64,000 bases of DNA from Octopus sinensis (lineage: Eukaryota), in the NCBI RefSeq assembly GCF_006345805.1, contig NC_042997.1:48732001-48796000 (forward strand). Direction: 5' to 3'. The stretch's first letter is position 1. The number at the start of each line of letters is the position of its first letter. Shown one piece after another: positions 54,533-64,000 of the stretch. The notes beneath the pieces were generated by a model, which saw only the letters and a list, made by a program, of their open reading frames with translations, had not been told where the DNA came from and made no database searches. Position numbers and translations under genes: made by a program.

Positions 54533-55359
54533 AAACATTAATTTGTTTTTCAGTGAAGTGTACACCACCCAATATCCTCAAATGTGCTGTGTTATTTTTG
54601 AAGACAGTAGGGTGTAGTTTCAAGGAGATTTAACCGCTATTACTAGCAGATAGATTGACCGTGTAAAGGATTCTGTCTTTGACTTCTTTGTTGATTACTC
54701 GGGGCATTGTGTTTAGCTTGTATATTATCACCTCCTCCGCACAAAATATAGGTTAATTGTATATATGTAGGGCGATAACCTAAACTTTGACAATTCCCGA
54801 TAGCATTCAGAATCACGCATGTCAGGATATTTAGAAACACACACCTCAGGAAATTCGAATTTACATTTCCACTTCTAGCAAACTGGATACAAATTCACAC
54901 TCACCTCTTGGTAAATAATGCTAACTCACATAGTGTTTTTTTTTTAATTTTATAAAATTGTTGAATGCTATTCTATTGTAACTGACAGAGAACTTCCAGC
55001 TGTGAAACTGTGTTATTAAATTATTTTCAGTGAGTTTTGCTAAACGTCGACACAAATTACGAAACAAAATGTTTGGCAAAAACTTTTCCTTTGATACACA
55101 TTTCAAGAGCGATATATTTTAAGAACGATTTGTCATCACACAAAAGAAATCAGCATAACTTCAAACACTGATGTCAGTTTGTGTCACAATAAATTACCTT
55201 TCTTTTTATATATTTAGCTTCATCTTTTGATTAGTCAATGTCTCAAAAAGAGATTTGGTAATAGGGTGTAATTAGATTTTCTTTCGTCGACTTGCGCTCT
55301 GAATTCATCTAAGAATTCTATAAAAAGCAATAAGTCACCCACACCACTATATATATATA

Positions 55360-55434
<75 letters not shown>

Positions 55435-57512
55435 TGTGTCGCCACCAGTAGGACATGTAATATCATCGGTTAGGCTCGAAATTATAATTGACACTCTGGT
55501 CTATAACTAATGAGGTGTTGGCGACATTCTGTGTCTCTTTCCCGTTTGTTTGTGCATTTATTATATATTTTTAACTCATTATTTAATGCAACGCTACGTC
55601 CTGCACATTTGTTTTTGTTTGTTTAAAAATACTCCATATTTTGTACGATTTCCTCGCCCCTTTCACTTCCCCCCTCACTTTCACACAAACCCACACTCAT
55701 TCTCACTCTCTCCTCCCCTTCATTCTATGCTGTTATCAGTCACGTTCTTGTGTCTTCCCTCTCTGTATTTCTCTCTACCCTCTACCATTCCCTCTCCCTC
55801 ACTCCTGCTACTGTCATAAGACCTGTGGTCATTGTCTTATCTCTTTCTTTTCACAACCGTCTCGCTTACCAAGCGATCATAATTTCTCGTCTTTCGCTCT
55901 ATTCACCTTTCGTTGTCTCTCCGTTCGATCCCTCAGGATATTCTCCTAGCGTTGACAATTTAACGTCTTCTGCCTGGCCCCAAGGCTTTATATTGTTCGG
56001 TTATTTATATCAGTTCATTTGTATGCCCTCAGTCTTGTCTTTTTGTTTCTCTGTCACTCGTACATCCACTAATTGTCTTGTTTTGGATTACATTTATTCC
56101 ACATTTGTATATTAACTTTCAGTATCGCATTCTTGTCTGTTTGTTCATATTGTTTTCTTTCTTGTTTGTTTTTGTTTTATTTTTTTGGCGGGTGGGGGGG
56201 TCGATAATTCCTGGCGGTGTTTGCTGTCGGTGCCACAAGTAGGGAATGCAATATTATAGGTTAGGCGCGAAATTACAATTGACCCTATGGCCGATAACTG
56301 ATGAAGATCTGGCAACATCTGAGTCTTTTCCCGTTTGTCTGTGCATTTATTGTATGCTTTTAACATATTATACATGTACGTGTATCAATATTTAGCAGGA
56401 GAATTACTCTATAGCATATATGTTACATATTAAGGAAAAAAATATACATTTATTTCGAGTCCTATTTTTCTGTGTGCATCAAGAAACCTATATATATATA
56501 TATTTATATAATCAATGATTTTAATCACCTTATTTTGAAATGGTATAGATAATACCGTACTAAATTCTGATGTCTCAACGTAAGTACCATATTCATCTGA
56601 ATCTATTTATTTATATATATATATATTTGGATTATATATACATATATATAGTTGAAATTTACAGGAAATCAAAAAACGAAGAAAGCTGTATAAACATAAT
56701 ATGTATATACAGAGAGAATTGGGAAGGGAGGAGGGAGAGTGAGTACAAGACAATGGATGATCAATCTATTAGAAATATCGATTAAATCTCCTTCAAAATC
56801 ACACCTATTTACCTAAAAGAGCTTCAATTTTAGGACACAAATGATGTGTAAACAGGCAGGTTGGTCACGGCAAAAACAGCTTTGATCATACCTCTGTTTG
56901 GCGATGGCTTCCTGAATTTAACAACAGCAGCACCAATAATCACCGAGATTGATTCTGTTGATAATAAATCACACCAACAAAATTAGTTTTAAGCTGAAGA
57001 TATTCAATAAACAAGATCGAGTTGAGTTGGCTAATATGTTTTAGCATCGGACTAGATGTGTTGCAATATCATGCTAAAGTTCTTAATGTTGTTGATCACT
57101 ATGATAGCTACCAATAATATCTTCAGTTATTTTGATCTCTTAGATTCCCCTAAATAAACTAGCTTTGTGTCTAGTCATAATATCAATAATATATAAATAA
57201 TAAATACTCTTTTAACAATGTAAGTTTTGTTTCCATAGAAACTTCATAACTCAGTGATAATAAATGTAGAAAATTATACTCCTGCGTTACACGATAAAAA
57301 AAACGAAGCAACTGCATTTGAAAGTTATCTGAGATTGATTTTCATTACAAACAATTCCTTGAACAAAATTTAAATGTGATTTTTCAACAAGGTTGCGAGA
57401 GTAGGGGACACCGTGTGATATTTTGCAGTATTTAGTTCCTTGACTTCCACCTTTCGATTTTGCGTAAAGTGAAAACTAGAAGAATTCATTGGGAAGTTTA
57501 ATCGCCAATGTC

Positions 57513-57818
57513 TTTTGTTTGTTGTTGTTTATTCCTTCTCGAGCCATGCCTGGCTCAGAAGGGCCGGTTTCCCGGTTTCCTTGGCGTATAGGTTCCTCAC
57601 CTGGACGGGACGCCAGTCCGTCGCAGGTGAACTGCAAGATGCAGGAGGAAAGAGTGAGAGAAAGTTGTGGCGAAGGAGTAAGCAGAAGTTCGCCATTACC
57701 TTCTGCCAGAGCCGCGAGGAGCTTAGGTGTTTTGCTCTTAAACACACACATCGCCCGGTCTGAAATTCGAATCCGCGATCCCTCGACCGCGAGTCCGCTG
57801 CTTAGGCCACGTGCCTCC
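57513..57818 (-). mobile_element. SINE family T, tail type C (V-domain-like)
   Basis: Head shared with 19732 and 20764; the tail cctgcgacggactggcgtcccgtccagg resembles the V-SINE domain as I recall it; ends in (AAC)n. Confidence 0.75.
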
Positions 57819-58119
57819 ACAATCGACAATGTTACTTTCCTACGATAACTTATCTTGAATTTATTAAAAATAAATGAATGTTGAATAAAAAAAATTATTA
57901 TTTGAGTTTTATACAGCTATACATATGATATAATATGATATAATATAAGCTATAGATGCAGACATATACGTACATGTATATATGTTACAAATACATATAA
58001 ATAATTTCCTTGTGTATCATTATACAAAACATATAGAATATGTAGTACGATAGAAGAAGACGTAGCTTAAAGGAACTTCTTTTGGCATTTTGCAATAATG
58101 CAGACTTGTAACTAATCTC

Positions 58120-58340
58120 TTTTTTTACTCTTTTTACTTGTTTCAGTCATTTGACTGCGGCCATGCCGGAGCACCGCCTTTAATCGAGCAACTCGACCCC
58201 GGGACTTATTCTTTTGTAAGCCCAGTACTTATTCTATCGGTCTCTTTTGCCGAACCGCTGGTAACGGGGACATAAGCACACGAGCATCGTTTGTCAAGCA
58301 ATGCTAGGGGGACAAACACAGACGCACAAACACACACACG

Positions 58341-58388
<48 letters not shown>

Positions 58389-58553
58389 TACGACGGGCTT
58401 CTTTCAGTTTCCGTCTACCAAATCCACTCACAAGGCTTTGGTCGGCCCGAGGCTATAGTAGAAAACATTTGCCCAAGGTGCCACGCAGTGGGACAGAACC
58501 CGGAACTATGTGGTTGGTAAACAAGCTACTTACCACACAGCCACTCCTACGCC
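58120..58553 (-). mobile_element. Full-length family C SINE
   Basis: Homologous to 21181-21572 and 44863-45270. Confidence 0.9.
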
Positions 58554-58724
58554 TATAGGTGTAGGGATCTATTTATTATTAAATATAATAATATAGATTA
58601 TTTACATGATTTAAGTTACGAAACAATTTGTCATGATATTAGAATTTTCTTATTGTTAAACTATATTTCATCAAAGTATTTCTTTCTCATTTATGACCTT
58701 GTGTGTGTGTGTGTGTATGTGTGT

Positions 58725-58770
<46 letters not shown>

Positions 58771-59912
58771 ACGTGCGTGTGTGCGTGCGTGTGTGTGCGT
58801 GCGATGTTTTAAATCATATGAATTATGCGTGTAACTCAGGTTTTCCTTTTTAAAAATCATCTAATAATTCTGAATAAAGATTAAACCAACCATTTCAGTC
58901 TAAATAGTTCTTCCTATCTTCGAACCATAATTGCATATACCTTAAAATATAAATCTCAACGCCTCTATCTCTAACCCTGTGCAGTCTATTCCATCTTCCT
59001 TCTGAATTATACTGTCCGTACTTATGCAGTATCGAATAATACCACAACTGGAATGCTGCTTACATATCTAGGAGAGCACTGGTGCTACACGACAAGATTT
59101 GTACACTCCACTTAAACAAAACTTACCCAGCACACTTTTAAATCTAACGTACATATGTGCTGTTGACTCACAATGGTTCTGTTATCGTCAGTTTTACATC
59201 AGTTTTAAAATGTAGAGCATTTAAAAACTGATGTAATACTTACATTGTTTAATTAAATGAAGTAGCATGAAACGATTGTACTACACTACCTTGGATATCC
59301 TTGTTGCTTATTTTGATTATAATCATCTCCATTTGATTTATATGAATAATATCATGCAAATGATAAAACTTTTTAATTTTTATCTGCATCCATGCGAATG
59401 ATAACACTTTTTAATTTTCATTTGCGTACGAATACAAACATATGTGATATACATTGCTCTTACCAGAAATTCACTTCTACACAATTTATCGACCTGCCAT
59501 AACTTAGTGATTAGACCAAAGACCTTGTAAGCTCTTTCCCTTAAACATTCTCTTCCAAAGTTGTATCTCTCTAAAATCCCCCACCTGTGTTTTTTTGTTT
59601 TTCTTTTGTTTACTGCCGACAACCTGTATTCAACCCACACATCTCACACAGATCAATCCCCATCCCCACATCATACAGGGACAGACGGTATATGTAAAGG
59701 CCTTCTCTTTTTATCTTCCGATTAAATAATTCGGTAATATTTGTTTGTAATGTCCAAGAATATTTACACTCATATCAACTATACCAAACATTTGAATATG
59801 TCTCTACAATTGAAAAACTAGAAAGCAACATTTGTGATAGAGACACTGTACAAAATACAGATACCTTAGTCATGTAGTACAATTAATTTTAAGTGTTGAC
59901 GGTAATATAGAA

Positions 59913-60143
59913 GGCGGCGAGCTGGCAGAAACGTTAGCACGCCGGGCGAAATGCGTAGCAGTATTTCGTCTGTCGTTACGTTCTGAGTTCAAATTCCGCC
60001 GAGGTCGACTTTGCCTTTCATCCTTTCGGGGTCGATAAATTAAGTACCAGTTACGTACTGGGGTCGATGTAATCGACCTAATACCTATGTCTGTCCTTGT
60101 TTGTCCCCTCTGTCTTTAGCCCCTTGTGGGTAATAAAGAAATA
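59913..60143 (+). mobile_element. Full-length young family N SINE with 12-bp TSD
   Basis: ggtaatatagaa at 59901-59912 and 60144-60155; A box tggcagaaacgttag, B box gagttcaaattcc. Confidence 0.95.
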
Positions 60144-61751
60144 GGTAATATAGAAATATTTGAGGATAGTTTGTTGCACAACACAAACAAGAATATAACT
60201 GTTTCAAAAGAGAATTATAATTAATTGGTCCTGTGTGCTTTAGAATATTTATCAGTCCTTATTCCACCATGAGCTCTAAGACTTAATTAACAATGATTAA
60301 GTCAACCTTATTTTTCACCTAAATAAATGATTAGAAGTTTACTTCTGTAACAAGCTAAAGTTTAATGATAGTACGAAATTGAACAGTACGTGTTTAGAAA
60401 TTTGTCGCCACCTAAATAGAAATACAGTAAATATTCCCTGATGTTTCAAAGTAGACGCCCGGTTACAACACATTTTTACTTGACTTACGGTTGACTAGGA
60501 GTTTATATTACTGACAAAATACAATGAGCCAAAAGTACATCTATTGTTCTCACCGGCCGCTACTAAAAGAATTTTCGCCCGTCTTTGATATATTTTGTGT
60601 TTTTTAAACACAACACGTCCGTATGACTGATTATCTCAGAAGAAGAAGAAGAGAAGAAGAAGAAGAAGACACACAAGGAGAGCAATTTCGATTACAGCGA
60701 CCCCAATACTCAACTGGTAATTATATATTCTTTCTTTACCTATTGCTAGTTAACTTGCTTCAGTGTGGATTTGCTCGTTTTCCATTTACATTGGCCTGCG
60801 TTAGAAACGTGTCTATTAAACATACTAACCTCTCTTCGGCCTTCCTAGATCTAGTTTATGCTTCAGTCTGGCCAGCAAAACAAAACGAGTCGGATAAAGA
60901 AAACTGATCTTAGGATTCGTGCTTCTTTTGTTTAATTATTGTTCTAGAGTTCGCGAAATTTTACAGTATAAGGCATTATCTAAAGAATGTAAGTGTTATG
61001 TCCATTTCTTCTAAACACATACAGACGACTATCATTACATTTTAGTGATCACATTCTATTTTCGATGTAAATGGCTAAGATTTTATGATATCGCAGTCTC
61101 TGTGGCTGCATAATAATATTTGAAATTATCATTCTATAGCCACATATAATGGTTGCGTTTTAACTTTGATATATTCACGAGCCGTGTGGTATTTGCAAAA
61201 ACATATTAATAGTGTTATTCATTATATAGAAATAATTGCTAATTATTCTTTGCCTAAATTGAGCGATTCAAACATAGCAAAACATAAATTATCACGAAAC
61301 TCTGGTCTAATAATAATTAAACTCTGCTATAAATTTTTAACAATACAATGCCTTCAGAAATTTGTTTGCCTACATCGGCGTGTAATTATACTCATCACAC
61401 ACCACACTAGTAATTAGATATATAAATATATTCATGCCCAGAATCATATGCACAAGTATATGTGCTTGTATGTGGGTAAGAGAGAAAGAGAGAACGAGAG
61501 AGCGAGGGAGAGAGAGAGAGAGAGAGAGAGATTGTAAACGAATAGACCAGCACTCAATACACAGCGTATTGCTTGTATATATTCAGAATCATTTGAAGAC
61601 TTATTCTATTATTCTATGGTTACTCGGCGAAACAAACGATTGAATCATAAACTGATTCCAAATGTGTTTGAGATTTTATTCAATATTATACAAATTTTCC
61701 TTTATATATATATATATGCGTGTTTATGTGTGTCTTTGGGATTTATTACAC

Positions 61752-61812
<61 letters not shown>

Positions 61813-61983
61813 AATATATATATATATACACGCATTAGGTAATCTCCATCAATACTTTTTGACTTTCCGTTGTCTCTGTTTTAATTTTTTTAACACTCCA
61901 ATCTTATTTTTTAATTGTATAGTAATACATGTATGGACATATATGTATTATTATATGTATACATGTATGCATGCATGTGCGTG

Positions 61984-62025
<42 letters not shown>

Positions 62026-62929
62026 ATATGTGCGTGTGTGTGTGTGCATACATGGGTATGTGTATGTGTTTATGCATATATCTATGTGCGTGTGCGTGCA
62101 TATATGCGTATGGGTTTAAGTACGTTAGTATGCGGGCCTATATAATAGTGCATATACACGCGTAAATGCATGTGTGCATGCGTGCCAGTATCAATATACA
62201 CTTCTTATTTCTCTCCCTGATTCTTCAGCCCCTACAATCACATTATCCAGTACAATGAAAACCTCCGTCTATTTTAGAAACTTGGCCATTACATTTTATT
62301 ATTCTTCCCTTCCTTTTTGAGGTTTACTACTCACTTTATTAACCCCTGTACTATTTTCTATACCCACTCCTCCTCTTTAGTGCCGTTCACACATATCCCC
62401 CCACTTGCCACTCCCCACACATTCATTCTTTACTTTTTTTATCTCTCCTTATCCCTTCCCTTCTCCTCTTCCATCCCCCCTCATAATATCTTGACCAGCT
62501 ACGAACACTCCTTTTTCATTTTCTCGTCCTCTTTCTTTCTTCTTTCTTCACCTATTCCTTTTGACCATTCTCCTCATTTTAATATACACATCTTTTCCCT
62601 CCTCTCTATCTACTTAATACTACTACAACATTCTCAAAATTTCATTCACACCACAAGACTCCTTTGAATGAACAGCACATGGAATCTACGTCTCCGCACT
62701 TTCCATTTGTAATGACAAAATATAAACTCCTATCGGATATTTACATACAATGGATAAGAATCATTTCTACCACTTCTACACACCACTTCCCTTGGCTAAT
62801 AGAACTGCAACAATAACATCCTACATATATTTTTATTTTTACTTTTATTCTCTTATTTCCCTTAATACTTCTTATTTCCATCCTTTTCCAAAATAACTCC
62901 TATTCTCCTCTATTTAACCATCTTACATC

Positions 62930-62977
62930 GTCTCTGATGAAGGGATATCTTTAATATTACAGAAATAGCTGTAAGAC
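62930..62977 (+). ncRNA. Type I HHR with intact core and eroded stem II
   Basis: GTCT CTGATGA agggatatctttaatattaca GAAA T AGCT GTA AGAC. Confidence 0.55.
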
Positions 62978-63050
62978 TAACTTTCTCTCTATAAATGTCC
63001 CCAAAATTGCACGTAGCCTTGGTTTTGTTGCCTTATTTTATTTAACACAC

Positions 63051-63103
<53 letters not shown>

Positions 63104-63134
63104 ACACACACACACACACACATACACACACACC

Positions 63135-63187
<53 letters not shown>

Positions 63188-63403
63188 ATAATTTCTTGTT
63201 AAGATCCCTTATTAAGAGATTATCCTTAATTGTTAAACTTATTCCGAAATACTTTTCATTACCCGACATGCAGTTCGTAAAAAAGCCCGCCATTTACCGG
63301 ATATATGATTTATAAACATTCCATGTGCTTGGCCGGAGTGAGCAGTTGTCTGTTTGTCTTCGCTACGTAAGGTTGGTAGTTTATTTATGATGTATTCAGA
63401 ATC

Positions 63404-63462
63404 AGTTCTGCTGACGATCATTAGACGTAAAGTTGAATGTGAAATCACGGTGATACAGAACT
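63404..63462 (+). ncRNA. Type I hammerhead ribozyme, unit 1
   Basis: Stem I AGTTCTG/CAGAACT (7 bp); CTGACGA; stem II CATT..GAC/GTT..AATG; GAAA; stem III ATCAC-G-GTGAT; AUA triplet, predicted cut after 63455. Confidence 0.75.
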
Positions 63463-63885
63463 AAATTCATTTTTTAAATGTCTTGCTTTGAAAAACTGCA
63501 TTTGGGTATGATTAGTATAATTTTGGTAGTAATGACTTTGTCCCTCCTAGTGTGAGGCATTTATGTGTAATAATGCCCTCTATACAATATAGATATAATT
63601 AATTTGTTCAAAAGAAAAAAATTATTTTCGAATTCTTTTCTTTTACGAGGTTTTCACGCTAGCTACCCGATAATTTCTTGTTAAGATCCCTTATTAAGAG
63701 ATTATCCTTAATTGTTAAACTTATTCCGAAATACTTTTCATTACCCGACATGCAGTTCGTAAAAAAGCCCGCCATTTACCGGATATATGATTTATAAACA
63801 TTCCATGTGCTTGGCCGGAGTGAGCAGTTGTCTGTTTGTCTTCGCTACGTAAGGTTGGTAGTTTATTTATGATGTATTCAGAATC

Positions 63886-63944
63886 AGTTCTGCTGACGAT
63901 CATTAGACGTAAAGTTGAATGTGAAATCACGGTGATACAGAACT
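63886..63944 (+). ncRNA. Type I hammerhead ribozyme, unit 2
   Basis: Identical to 63404-63462; predicted cut after 63937. Confidence 0.75.
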
Positions 63945-64000
63945 AAATTCATTTTTTAAATGTCTTGCTTTGAAAAACTGCATTTGGGTATGATTAGTAT

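Larger units (their letters stand above)
63187..64000 (+). repeat. 482-bp tandem repeat (1.7 copies visible), one HHR per unit
   Basis: 63187-63518 reads identical to 63669-64000; runs off the window end. Confidence 0.9.

Noticed and set aside
59194-59236. 19-bp AT-rich hairpin (also a 13-bp one at 45853-45882)
   Set aside because: Short and AT-rich; not distinguishable from background or from part of a common repeat without a search.

Overview
AT-rich, gene-poor, repeat-saturated metazoan DNA, most likely an octopus intron or intergenic region. The taxon is inferred from my recollection of the tRNA-derived SINE families and the microsatellite load; no database search was run. No intact protein-coding gene can be supported, and almost all listed ORFs are microsatellite or TE artefacts. 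Recognisable content: decayed Tc1/mariner transposases (mariner x3, DD37D/maT-like x1), a Helitron helicase relic and a complete non-autonomous Helitron, hAT/MITE relics, an old LINE fragment, and at least four SINE families. Three things are not explained by the ORF track. (1) About ten type I hammerhead-ribozyme (HHR) motifs from at least five unrelated sequence families, all with palindromic stem III. These include a full-core copy at 38970-39054 and one HHR per unit in a 482-bp tandem repeat at 63187-64000 (retrozyme/Penelope-like). (2) A 250-bp palindrome built as LTR + tRNA-Ser(GCU) primer-binding site + inverted LTR, with a 5-bp target-site duplication (11824-12073). (3) Many fold-back inverted duplications of unrelated sequences. 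All structures were folded by eye.
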